NCBI RefSeq assembly: GCF_963676685.1
Contig: NC_092347.1
Coordinates: 62,992,001 to 63,056,000 of the forward strand
Source of the DNA: Mytilus edulis
Lineage: Eukaryota
Direction: 5' to 3'
Length of the DNA: 64,000 nt
The notes below the pieces were generated by a model, which was given only the letters and a program-made list of their open reading frames with translations, did not search any database and had not been told where the DNA came from. Position 1 is the stretch's first letter. Every line of letters begins with the position of its first letter. This document shows positions 11,901 to 24,463 of the stretch, piece by piece. Made by a program: the position numbers and the translations under genes.

Positions 11901-14900
11901 CCCCCACGCTGGTGGCCATCTTGGATGATGGATCGGCTACAAAGTAACAAAACTTGGTCAGCACCTCATAAGAAACATTCATGCCATGTTTGGTTTCATT
12001 CCATTCAGTGGTTCTTTAAAAGAAGACATTTGTATATATTTCCCATAGGTCCTATGTTAAACTAAGTCCCCCTGCTGGTGGCCATCTTGGATGATGGATC
12101 GGCTACAAAGTAACAAAACTTGGTCAGCACCTCATAAGGAACATTCATGCCATGTTTGGTTTCATTCCATTCAGTGGTACTCTAAAAGAAGACATTTGTA
12201 TATATTTCCCATAGAGTCCTATGCTAAACTAAGTCCATGTTGGCGGCCATCTTGGATGATGGGTCGGCTTCAAAGTAACAACACTTGGTCAGCACCTCAT
12301 AAGGAACATTCATGCCATGTTTGGTTCATTCCATTCAGTGGTTCTCTAGAAGAAGTTGTAAGGGACTTAGTTTAACATAGGACCCTATTTTTTAAAATGT
12401 AAAAAGTTAACGATGACGACAGACGCCAAGTGATGAGAAAAGCTCACTTGGCCCTTTGGACCAGGTGAGCTAAAAATCTGATATGAGATTTTCTTCCTTT
12501 AAAATATAGAATTTGAAATAGATCAGGATGTTTCTAACAATACCTGATAAGATGACATATATACTAATTACACTATTAATGCATTTGAAAAAGCTAAAAT
12601 CAAAACATGATTGATAGTTATTGTATACCTCAAATTTGTCCAGGAACAATCAAGAGATGAATCAGTCAAAGTCTGCATTTCTGTGCTGACATGAATTATC
12701 ATTGATATAGTCACATTTATAAAATAACTGTGTACAGAACTTTAGAATTTTTTGAAGAAACCAAGGCTTTTCTACCTCAGGAATAGATTACCTTAGCTGT
12801 ATTTGGCAAAACTTTTAGGAATTTTGGTCCTCAATGCTCTTCAACTTCGTACTCTATTTGGCTATTTTAACTTTTTTTTATCTTGAGCGTCACTGATGAG
12901 TCTTTTGTAGACGAAACACGCGTCTGGGGTAAATACAAAATTTAATCCTGATATCTATAATGAGTTTATTTCTAAACATTTGATATTGATGTGTGAAAAA
13001 GAAGAATTTGAAGTATAAAATGAACATTTTTAAAAACTTAGATATCTCTAGCTTAATCTCATCTAATTCACAAGCAAAATCTTGTTAGATAAGGAAAATA
13101 TTGAATGATGAAAATCTATGTTATTTTTTTATCATTCATTGATAGGATCTAAAAGAGAAGATTTTAAGCCAGCTGGAAAGGACAGCCCATATTAGACATG
13201 AACCATTACTCCTAAACCCAAAGGTTTCAGAAACAGCTAAAACAGGTAAAAGCTACATTTTTTCAGTTGGTATTCCTCTTACATTGACTTAAAAATATGC
13301 ACGTTAAAAATAGAAAGCATATTTGATAATGCGTTATTATTGTAGAGTGGAAATATGTTAAGAGATTTAAAAGTATGTTAAGGGAGGTTCACAGATACAT
13401 TTTATGTGACTATAACAAAAAATTCTGGGCACAATTTTATTAAAATTACTCATTTCATAATCATGTTTATCAAACCATATTTAGCAGATTTCTATAGAAA
13501 GAAAGACAACTCTAACTGTAATGTAGAAACGCCATTTCATGTATATTTTATTCTCTTTTAAATTAGAATATATCATTTCATTTAAGAAAACAATGTGCTG
13601 TGCAAGATCTGTAAATGATTGTTGAATTTATTTATGATTTCAGTTCCTAATCATTATTACTACAGAATGAAAGCAGTAGATGCCTTTTCTAAATTTGGTG
13701 AGTATTTGATGAATATTGAAAATCTGCATTGATTTAAGATGGAGTTCGAGAGCAGGAAAAAGTAATATCAAATTAGCTGAGTGGAACAAACACTAATGTC
13801 AAAATGATTTATAACATGTCTGACAATACAAATGTATGTGTTTAATAGAGATAATTACCATTAGGACAATTGAAGGTTTTCTGTTCGTTGAGACTTGATA
13901 AATGGTTAATAATTATCAATTTTCAGTATTCTGCTTTCGGCATGTTAATTAAAAAAGGAATTTGAGGCACTTGGATTTTTGTTGTCATGAAAATATATTG
14001 TTCACAAAATACATTTGGTAAGGTGCACTATCCCTAAAAAATGTAATAAAGGTTTCATAACAACCAATTTTGTGTCTAATTTTGTAATCTAATTCTTAAT
14101 TAGCACTTAGCAGATGAGCTCACCCTAAAATCAAAAAAAGGGTCCATGTCTGATTTTAGTCTAGTCGCTTTGGTGCAGAAATATCTCATGGTGTCATCGC
14201 AATTACTGATGCAGTACATATGTTATGGTAAATGCAAGAAGTTTGAAGACTAAAATTAAATATTTCTAAATACTTGAAAAATTCAAAAAAAATAATGATA
14301 TCCGACAGAATTGCATCTTGTTGACATCTAAAGGTGGATGTTAATACATCATTATAAGCCAGGAAAGTTGGCATATCATACCTTCCCCTTTGACAAGTGA
14401 CAAAATATAATATTGCATGATACAATGTATCTGAAAAAATAATTTTGTACAACGAAATTAAAATATTTGCTGTTTTTTTTCTCCAGATGAAGTTCTAAAA
14501 GAAGAAGAACCAGATTCTATAGGCAGACATCCATCAAAAAATGTAAGAGGATATCTGTTTGGTCTTTATACAGAATATCTGAGTACGTCATCTGAAGATC
14601 TCATACATAAGTTCTGTGATTCATATGAAAATGCTAGACATGATCCTAACGACTTTGGTGAAGATCAGTATAACAATTACATGGTACTTTTAGAAGAACT
14701 TATAACATGTTTAAGAGTGGGTCTCAGAAAGAAGCGTGGTATGCCGTTAGAAAAAGCCTCTAAGCTTGAAACTGAGGTTATATTTGACTCAGAAAGAAAA
14801 GGTATTGTGAAAACTAAGACAAATGTTCATCCTGATAAAACAGCAGAGACTAAAGGAAAAAGTGTAACAAGACCTGGAGAAATAAGATACAGGTCTAGAA

Positions 14901-15046
14901 CAGATAGTAGTGTACATTCAAGTTTACTGGACAGTGGTCATTCTAGTCAAAGTAGTGCTAGTATTGAATTAACTACAAGTACAAGAGGTGGTAGCACAGA
15001 AAGAGATAATAAAGAATCTCAGAACAAGACTGATACTTCTTGTTGA
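8902..15046 (+). CDS. C1orf43: C1orf43 / NICE-3 family protein, 5 coding exons, 293 aa
   Basis: Exons 8902-8967 (MGELSKDISVISVVLFIGAGAL), 10434-10535 (VFFLLFILAKRQIIRFAWKATRPPHVSIGLDAPK), 13146-13245 (DLKEKILSQLERTAHIRHEPLLL...), 13644-13697 (VPNHYYYRMKAVDAFSKF), 14487-15046 (DEVLKEEEPDSIGRHPSKNVRGYL...YENARHDPNDFGEDQY...). GT-AG introns, consistent phases, 882 nt. Matches recalled NICE-3 motifs (LLFIFxKRQIxRF, PHVxxGxxAPKDLKE, YxYRMKAxD). AATAAA at about 15181. Confidence 0.9.
9138..9378 (+). mobile_element. tRNA-derived SINE (V-domain-like); related copies at about 54850-55350 (-) and 36562-36720 (-)
   Basis: TGGCTGAGTGGTCTAAG (A box), GTGAGTTTGAATCC (B box), GGTGGTTTTCTC..CACTCTGGCTTCCT core, GTGGCGTTAAAA..CAATCAAT tail. 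Confidence 0.7.
9488..9715. mobile_element. Second copy of the 230-bp MITE
   Basis: Near-identical to 7908-8139, same orientation, flanked by the direct repeat CTTGTGT. Confidence 0.88.
10845..12476 (+). mobile_element. Non-autonomous Helentron-like (HINE/pearl-type) element with an internal array of about 8 x 166-167 bp repeats, in a C1orf43 intron
   Basis: 5' end AGAGGCTCTCAAGAGCCTGTATCGCTCACCT. Repeat unit containing TTCCCATAGGGTCCTATGTTAAACTAAGTCCCC...GGCGGCCATCTTGGAT at about 11041, 11207, 11372, 11540, 11706, 11873, 12040, 12206. (GAC)n tract and 3' hairpin AGCTCACTTGG...CCAGGTGAGCT followed by an A-run. Confidence 0.8.
12887..12930 (+). ncRNA. Minimal type I hammerhead ribozyme within a retrozyme-like repeat (about 12680-12970) in a C1orf43 intron
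   Basis: GCGUCA-CUGAUGA-GUCU uuugu AGAC-GAAA-C ACGC G-UC/UGGGGU: core intact, one G-G mismatch in stem I. Confidence 0.8.
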
Positions 15047-16574
15047 ATATAATACTCATGAGATGACTATAATGAATGATGTAATAGTCATAAACACTTC
15101 TTGTCAATTTAAGCTTTGATTTACATTGTTCTACTGACATTTTGTAGTCTAGTGTATAAATGTATGTACTCTCTAAGTTAAATAAATATTGCTATAATTG
15201 CAATATAATTGGTAATTTGTTTTGTTGGGATGCATCACAATATACTGGTACTGTAAATTAACAAATTATTGCCATGTTTTTATGAATGCTTATAATGCGA
15301 CTTGGTGATTATCACAATAATATATAAGTGTTCATAAGTGTTTCTTGTTTTTATATAGATTAGACCGTAGGTTTTCCTGTTTGGATGGTTTTACACTAGT
15401 AATTTTTGGAGCCTTTTGTAGCTTGATGTTCGGTATGAGCCAAGGCTCGGTGTTGAAGACCATACCTTGACCTATGATGGATTACTTTTATAAATTGTGA
15501 CTTGGATGGAGAGTTGTCTTATTGGCACTCATACCTCATCTTCTTAATGTATATCTAAGAATTCTCATTCTGATAACTGGCTGTTTCTGATGTGGCATCT
15601 ATCAGTTGTCATCTCTTAACATTTAAAAAAATACTTTTATGAAACTACCGGACCAAACATGACCAAATCATTATTTGGAGATTTTGTATAAAAAAATGTA
15701 TTCTTTGATCTTGCAATCTAACCAACATGGACAACATGACTGAAAATAGAACATATAGGAAAAATGCAAGTTTTGTTTATTATCTTTAAAAAATCCACTA
15801 TACATTTTGTGGAGAAAATCTGACATGGCAGAAATGATCAGAATATTGAGTCTAACTTGGACTATTATATTAAAGTTAGTATAAAATTGATTGATTGAGT
15901 GTTAGTTGCTTTACGCCGCATAAGTTAATATAACAGTCCTTGTTGAGTCTACTAACTGACCATCAACATCAAAACGGTCAGACACATGCTATAGGAGTTA
16001 TTGCCCTTAAATGACGTATCTAACAAATTCTCTACATTCAAATCAAGATCTAACAGTGAAACATTATTGTCGATATCTTTGGTCATGTTGGTTGACTCAT
16101 TCTTGAAGTTATTGCACTTAAATAACAATTTTTACCTTTCTTTTTCGTTGTTTGCTTTTTAATCGAAACATAAAATATAGAAAGAAATTTAAATACTAGT
16201 AGCTGAAATGAACAGAAAAAAATCAGATCTAGAAATAAGTCTTCATAGCACAAATCGCCAGGTAAGAACAGATCTACAAGCTTGTTATCATTCATCATTG
16301 TAGAAATTGTCATAACTCATATACGAGTTATTGCCCTTTGATGAGTATTTGTACCTGTTTCGGCAAAACCTCTCGTAGATTAAGAAATACTGTGAACAGC
16401 AAAAAATTGTCTGTCCAATACTCATAGTAGTCTTCTCTTAATGGACGACTTATGCCTTTTACATTTTGGGCAAAAATTATAAAAGAAAAAATGTAAACAG
16501 TAAAAATGTCTAGCAAGACTAAAACAAATTTAACTCCCCAAGCTGGACGCTCCTTTCCTCCAAAGCCTTGGTAG

Positions 16575-16867
16575 TCATCACTTCGGTGTTGACATGAATA
16601 TGCATTATATTGACTATTGTCATTTTTATAAATTTCCTGTTACAAATTTTTCGAAAATCTAAGGATTATCTTATCCCAGGAATAGATTATCTTAGCCTTT
16701 ATTTTGGCACAACTTTTTGGAATTTTGGGTCCTCAATGCAGTTCAACTTAGTACTTGTTTGGATTGATAGATATTATGATCTGAGCGTGACGCCACTTGT
16801 GAGTCTTATGTAGTCGAAACGGACGTCTGGCGTATTAAATTATAATCCTGGTACCTGTGATTATTAT
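16575..16867 (+). mobile_element. Retrozyme-like repeat copy with a degenerate hammerhead
   Basis: Homologous to 12680-12970 (gacatgaat...aggaatagatta...tcctcaatgc...gagtcttatgtagtcgaaac..gtctggcgta). Core mutated to CUUGUGA. Further relics at about 20955-21050 and 35745-35800. Confidence 0.7.
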
Positions 16868-17475
16868 CTACCTCGATTTAGGCTCAAGAGGTCTCTACAA
16901 AATCCTTAGATATTGTCCAAAATGGTGGTCTCTGGGTAGCATATTCTCATTGAAGGTGAGAGGTCCTGGATTTGACCCCGGTAGTGTGAAACCAGACGTT
17001 AAAAATGATAGTTTCTGCTTCTCCGATAAGCAGGTTGCTTTTTATAGGATAAGAAAACAGACGGGTCAACTCGGAGTGTTCCTTTGATCTTTTTTTTAAG
17101 CAGTACTATTTATGTTGCCTGTTTGCTTTTAATTTGTTAAAAATTGTAACAAAACAATGTTCATGTTATTATTTTCTCAATAACAAATTGTTTACAGTTG
17201 GATCTATAAGTATGTCAACATAGCCAAAATTGTCTGTCAACTATATTTTGTACTATTAATGGATGAGTTTTTGTTCCTTTTTATATTTTGGGCAAAAATT
17301 ATAAAAGAAAAAAAATAAACAGTTTATATGTCTAGCTAGACAATATTAAATGTGTGGCTCTTGAAAGCTCGACACAATTTTTACCATCAGAAATGAAGCA
17401 TCCATTTCGAAACCCTTGATCTACATCGATTTAGGCTCATTAGGCTCTTATAAAATCCATAGATATTGTTAAGAA

Positions 17476-17880
17476 CGGTGGTCTCGGGGTAGCATGTTTA
17501 CCTTGAGAGTGGGAGGTCCTGGGTTCGATCCCGCCGGTAGTGTCAAACCAAAGAATTCAACAATGATAATTGCTGCTTCTCCGCTAAGCAGGTGGCATAA
17601 AGGAATTTAGGACTAGGAACATAGACTGGTACTCGGCAGGGCCGTAACTAGGGTTCGAATTCAGGGGAAAATAGACTGGTACTTGTGTCGGAGTGACAAA
17701 AATATGTCAATATATGGTGACTTGTCTTCAAACGGACTGTTACCCTGTGAGCCGTAGCTAGTAAAATCGGATTCAGCGTTTCAACTAGTGCAAAACTGAA
17801 AAGCAGTGCGAATATTGACATATGCTCATCCTGAATATTTAGTTTGCCACTGGAAGTTAAACAGCGTTAGATATAATCAT
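17476..17880 (+). mobile_element. tRNA-derived SINE (Meta-domain-like); paralogous copies at about 16923-17080 and 19742-19975
   Basis: A-box-like GGTGGTCTCGGGGTAG and B-box GGTTCGATCCC, central TGCTGCTTCTCCGCTAAGCA, tail TTTGCCACTGGAAGTTAAAC. Family assignment is from recall. Confidence 0.7.
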
Positions 17881-20800
17881 TCCTTATTGAACGGTTATGT
17901 TTCTTTGACCCCATTTTTTGACAGTATTTATTGTTGCCTGTATGCATTTCATTTGTTAAAAATAGCAGTATATGGTAACATTTCATATCCCCAAGACTGT
18001 TTGTATTGATAAACAGTTTAACTCTAGTCCATTTTCTGGGTGTTTATGATAACATATCAGTGTGCCAAATACCGAGCAGATACAACATTGAGGAAATAGA
18101 CCATAAAAACCACTCCAACTATAGGACAGCGGATGCGTCATGGTCGTTTATATCAAAATAAACTATCATACCACATCACCTCATTTTTATATCAGTATCG
18201 CTTAAATGTATGTCCAAAGGTTTCAAAATATTTACATTCTGTGTCTCAAAGAAAGAGATAACAGAGAATCACAGAACAAAACTGGGCTGATATCACGTTT
18301 AAATATGTGCTCCTCCTAAATATGTATGTAGTTTACCGCTGGACTATCCAACGTTATACAGCCATCCATCATCATCCTTTATTACACGGTAATGTTCCTT
18401 TGTCCCCATTTTAAGACAGTACTAGACTATTTGTGTTGCCTGTTTGCTTTTAATTTGTTAAAAACTGTAACAGTTTATAAGTCAACTAGATTAAGGGGGA
18501 GTCGGGATCTCGCTAACATGTTTAACCCCGCCACATTCTGTATGAATGTGCCTGTCCCAAGTCAGGTATTTGTTTTTCGTTCAATTTTTGTACATAAATT
18601 AGGCCGTTTGTTATCTCGTTTGAATTGTTCTACATTGTCATTTCGGAACCTTTTATTGCTATACGGTATGGGCTTTGCTCATTGTTGAAGGCCGTACGGT
18701 GACCTAAAATAGACTGGTACTCGAGTAGAAGGGACAAAAATATGTCAATATATGGTGACTTGTCTTCAAACAGACTGTAACCCTGTGAGCCGTAGCACGT
18801 AAAATCGGATTCAGCGTTTCAACTAGTGCAAAACTGAAAAGCAGTGCGAATATTGACATATGCTCATCCTGAATATTTAGTTTGCCACTGGACGATAAAC
18901 CGCGTTAGATATCATCATTCCTTACTGAACGGTTATGTTCCTTTGACCCCATTTTTTTGACAGTATTTGTTGTTGCCTGTATGCATTTCATCTGTTAAAA
19001 ATCGTTACATTTTTCATCTAGCAGTATATGGTAACATTTCATATCCCCAAGACTGTTTGTATTGATAAATAGAAAACTCTTGTCCATTTTCTGGGTGTTT
19101 ATGATAACATATCAGTGTGCCAAATACCGAGAAAATACAACATTGAGGAAATAGACCAAAAAACCATCCCAACTATAGGACAGCGGATGCGTCACGGTCG
19201 TTTATATTAAAATAAACTATCATACCACATCACCTCATTTTTATATCAGTATCGCTTAAATGTATGTCCAAAGGTTTCAAAATATTTACATTCTGTGTCG
19301 CAAAGAAAGAGATAACAGAGAATCACAGAACACGACTGTTACTTCTTGTTAAATATAATACTCATGAGATCATCATTGAGATAATGAATGATACAATAGT
19401 CATGAACACTTTTCTGCAATTTAAGCTTTGATTAATATTGTTCTACTGACATTTTGTAGTCCAGTGTTTAACTGCATGTACTCTCAATTTAAATTGAAAA
19501 AATTGTCTGTCAAATACTCATAGGAGTCTTTCTCTTAATGAACGATTTATGCCTTTTACATTTTGTGCAAAAATTATAAATATAAATATGTACACAGTAA
19601 AAATGTCTAGCAAGACAAAGTCAAGACTCTAAGCTTGACGCAATTTTACCATCAAGAAGTACGCCTCCATCCTCGAAAGCCTTGATCTACCTCGATTCAG
19701 GCTCAAGAGGCTCCTACAAAATCATTAGATAGTGTTCAGAATGGTGGTCTCTTGGTAGCATTTTCGCCTTGAATGTGAGAAGTCCTCGGTTCGACCCCGG
19801 TCGTGTCAAACCAGACTGGAAAAATGATAGTTGCTTCTTCTCCGATAAGCAGGTGGCTTTTATGGACAAGAAAACATACTGGTCAACTCGTAGTGACAAT
19901 TTTGTGTGAGGGTAGGATTACAAGTCTGTAGGCAGACTGCTACGCTGTGCGCGTTTTAAATCGGATTCAGCATATCGAACAAAACTGGGCTGATATCACA
20001 TTTAAATATGTGCTCCTCCTAAATATGTATGTAGTTTGCCACTGGACTGTCCAACGTTATACAGCCATCCATCATCATCCTTTATTGCACGGCAATTTTC
20101 CTTTGTCCCCATTTTAAGACAGTACTAGACTATTTGTGTTGCCTGTTTGCTTTTAATTTGTTAATAACTGTAACAGTTTATAAGTCAACTAGGTTAAGGG
20201 GGAGTCGGGATCCCGCTAACATGTTTAACCCCGCCACATTCTGTATGAATGTGCCTGTCCCAAGTCAGGAGTCTGTAATTCAGTGGTTGTCGTTTGTTTA
20301 TGTGCTACATATTATATTTGTTTTTCGTTCAATTTTTGTACATAAATTAGGCCGTTTGTTATCTCGTTTGAATTGTTCTACATTGTCATTTCGGGGCGTT
20401 ATATAGCCGATTATGTGGAATGAGCTTTGCTCATTGTTGAAGGCCGTGATTGTGACCTATAGTTGGTAATATCTGTTATTTTGGTTTCCTGTGGAGAGTT
20501 GTCTCATTGGCAATCATACCACATCTTCTTTTTTTTTTTATAGCAGTATGATAACGTTTTCCCCAAGACTGTTTATATTTAAAAAAAAAAAACTTGACTG
20601 TAGTCTATGTGTTTATGATAACAAATCAGTGTGCCAAATACCGACCAGATAAAACATTGAGGAAACAGAAACTAAAACCACCCTAGTATAGGACAGCGGC
20701 TTCTTCACGACCGTTTATATTAAAATAAACTATCATACCACATCACCTCATTTTTATATCAGTATAGCATGAATGCATGTCCAAAGGTTTCAAAATATTT

Positions 20801-22574
20801 ACATTCTGTGTCGTCATACGTAGGATAAAATACCAGTTAGTCATTTTTCTTGCATTCATTATGAATAATCACAAAAAGATTCAATTTTGAATAATCTAAA
20901 ATTTCATAGTGTATATACCTTAATTGGCCAATTCCAAATGGAGTTTTTCTCAAAACCTTATGGAATTTTGGGTCCTCAATGCTCTTCAAACAAAAAATGA
21001 ATCGAGCTTCACTGAAGAGTCTTTTGTATCAAAGCACGCGTCTGTAGCCCTGTACAAAAATATAAGCCTTGAATGAGGGAGGGGGCAAGGGATTTAACTG
21101 TTATGCTGTTATGGGGCAATTTAATTCTTTGTTATCTGTTATTCTGAAAATATATTTGCTGTTAGCTGTTATTGTCTTATTCATTGTTAGCTGTTATTGG
21201 GCTTTTAGTTTTTTTTTGTTATCTGTTATTGTGAGTAATGTATTTGCTTTTAACTGTTATTGAAAATTGGAATGTTAGCATTTTTTTGACAGCCACTCTT
21301 CGGTAGAAATTAAAAATCATTGGACATTGGGGTCTACCACTAGTAATAATATGTTGGTCCCGTATTCGGAGAATGATTCCATTAACAAATACCCATTACA
21401 GAAGTGAGGTCCAGGACAATTCCAGTATATCTTATGATTATCTTTTGTAATAAATTCCATTTTTTTTGGAACATGTATTTAGAATTATCTTATTTTTTTG
21501 TATGAGGATAATGTTCCTTGTTTCCCGTACCAACATATTAAATCAGAACAATTATTAATAGGATAAAAAGGAAAACATATGGACAGGATTATCTGACAAG
21601 AATCTCAATTAAGGACTAGGTCCTTACAACCAGTTAATCTTTTATATAATATGGTACATTGACTAAGCGCTGTGATCCTTTTCAAAACAGAACCAAACAC
21701 ACTGTACAATGAAAGTTACAACCATGTACTGGGTCCCGAAGCAGCACATAGCTCATTACAAACAAAGATTTATTTCGTCTTCAAACCATTGCTCCCCTAC
21801 TAAACTATGTATTCTACTTACTAGTACACTGGTCCAATCAATAGCCTAATAAAAAATTGTTCAAATTGAGCCTTTGAAAATAATGGAATAAATTACTTTT
21901 GGGTGTCAAAATTGGTTCGAGGTACTTGATAAATTGCATGCTTATAATTGGTGCTTTTGATTTTTCTACCTTATATACTGACCACTTTGCCTCATAGTCT
22001 TATTAAGAAAAATTCATACATCTCATTAAATGGGCATTTAGAAAAAGGCAGAATGCGAATATATATATTTAAACTCTTTTAGGTCATTTTCTAGTAGCAA
22101 CAAACACAAGAACTATGTGAATTGAATACATAACAGCCCTTGAATTTTTACTAGATATCATTTTTGTCTCTTTGACATATTCCTCATTTCCATTCTCAAT
22201 TTAATTACACACTATTTGAATTACAAGCATGTGTGAGTTTCTATAACTGTATAAAAATAGATGCTGAAAAAGTAGTCTATAACAAATAAACAGCTACGCC
22301 ATGAGCGCATGATACGCCCGTCGCCCTTTTTGAAATATTCGATAACTTCTTAATGTCATACATGCATCAGATATTTATAAAAATTGAAAGGGAGCTTCTG
22401 TCAATATATATAAACAATACACCAAAGTTTCATGCGAACTGCTGAAAACATTTTTGAGTTATTGACCGAGAACTGGAAAATACCACCTTTTTTAATGAAT
22501 AAAACCCCTTAACTCAATAACATAAAATCTAAAATTAATGAAAATAGAAAGGGCGCTTACAACAATAGCGATAT

Positions 22575-23112
22575 TGTGCAAGCTGAAGGACACCTCCGGG
22601 TGCGGAAGTTTCTCGATGCATTGACGACCCATTTGTGGTCTTCGGCGGTTGCCTGCTCTGTGGTCGGGTTGTTGTCTATTTGACACATTCCACATTTCCA
22701 TTCTCTATTTTATTTTTACATAGATCTATATATTTTCAAGTACACCTATCTGACGAATATATTATATAGGATACACCGTGCTATAAGTTCTGATCATAAT
22801 TTAAGCAAACATTGATAGTCCATATAATTATATTATAAATGATACGTAATGTTCCTTAAATGTGAGTGCGTGAAAAAATTAAAACTTCATAGATGTATAA
22901 AATATGCGTAAATCGCCATAAGGGATGTAAAATAATTCAAACTATTTCCCAGGGAAGGAAATCAAATTGTCATGAACAGGTTGCTGACCTAGTATGAAGA
23001 TATACCATGCAGGCCAAATTTGATTTTTAAAGGGTATAGTCTAGCAATTGTACAGAATTAGGAATTCCTGTGCGCGAAATACCTACATGTATCATGTATG
23101 CATATTTATCAA
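22575..23112 (-). repeat. Inverted duplicate of about 1750-2397, lacking the palindrome's second arm
   Basis: Reverse-complement match including unique-looking sequence (GGAATTCCTGTGCGCGAAATACCTACATGTATCATG, TATAGGATACACCGTGCTATAAGTTCTGA). Confidence 0.92.
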
Positions 23113-24463
23113 ACAAGTTGCTTTCTTTAAAAAAAGAAATGCAATCGTAAACCCAAATGCTTGTTTGGCATTATATATATATTAGATAATTGTTTAATAA
23201 AGATGTTCATTTGGGAGGGTTGGGTTTATGGCCACCACATTGTTCACCAAGCGTATACCTTTGCATTTCGACGTACTTCAAACTTATGGAACGCGTGTTT
23301 AAACGCTTGCGTAGAGTTCCTTTGGTGAGCAACTAAGTTACGCATACGATGATACGGACTTTGTTAATTTTCTTTTTTGACTGATTGTTTTACATTGTCA
23401 TTTCGGGGCCTTTTATAGCCGACTATGCGGTACGTGCTTTGCCTGTTGTTGAAGGCCGTACGGTGGCCCATAGTTTGTATTTCTGTGTTATTTTGGTTTC
23501 TTGTAGATAGTTGTCTCATTGACACCAAACCCGATATCTTCTTTTTTTATATTCGATATCTTATCGCCGACCTGGTTAAGTCTGCCAAAAATGCATGCAT
23601 GATTCATTTTTAGGTTATCAGTCGTAATTAAAGTGGCACATTTAATTCGTTGTTTCATTGCTTGAAGTATCATTTCTTACATCTGCATGGTCAAATGTGT
23701 ATTTTTTTTAAATAAATTTTAGTTATTTTTTCCCCCTTCATATTGAATATCTATACTTATCAGTCGCATTTTAATGACGAAAAGGATTCAGAGGTTATTA
23801 AAAAAAAAGTAAATAATGTTGCAATATTTAAACAAAGAAAATAACTTTAAATTTGCAATATTAATGAAAATAAATACGGACATAACTTTCATAATTAATT
23901 TTAACGTTATTTTCAATAAACGATTTTTTTTTTAAATCCTCGTTTTTACACCTATTTGAGGCACGTATTTATGATTATATTTCCATGTCCTTGGTCTATC
24001 CTAGACGTAAAATTTCAAAAAGTGCTAATACTTTTTTTAAAGATATTATTTTTAATTGTTCTCGTTCAAAATATTTTATTTTTTCATATTCAATATCTAT
24101 TTGATTTTATTTTTAATAACCATTTTTTTTTTTATTAAAGTTGCAATATTTAACCAAAAAAAATAACTGTAATTTAATCATATGCAAGAAAGACTTCCCT
24201 TTAATTTCAGTATAAAAAAATAAATAGCTTGCTTTTTACAACATGTACATCTTCACTAAACGTAAAATCTAAAATAAAATGCTACTAAAACTCTTTCTAA
24301 AGATTTTATTTTTAATTATTCTCGTTCAGAATATAAAGCGCATTGTTTACATGAAATCTTATCTCATATCTAAACACAGCTGGTTACATCGTTTGACTAA
24401 TTAAAATACTACGCATGTAGGTTAATATTAGCAGCTTGTAATCGTGTGCAAGAAAATATTATA

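Larger units (their letters stand above)
16395..20815 (+). repeat. Mosaic of local direct duplications downstream of C1orf43
   Basis: 16400-17090, 17225-17640 and 19495-19900 are similar; 17670-18280 matches 18708-19330; 18277-18700 matches 19978-20450; 17965-18245 matches 20542-20812. Confidence 0.88.

Noticed and set aside
11261-12375. 95-aa and 94-aa repetitive ORFs
   Set aside because: Chance translations of the 167-bp satellite units.
16923-17535. tRNA-like sequences with A and B boxes
   Set aside because: No complete cloverleaf and they continue into SINE body sequence; treated as SINE heads, not tRNA genes.
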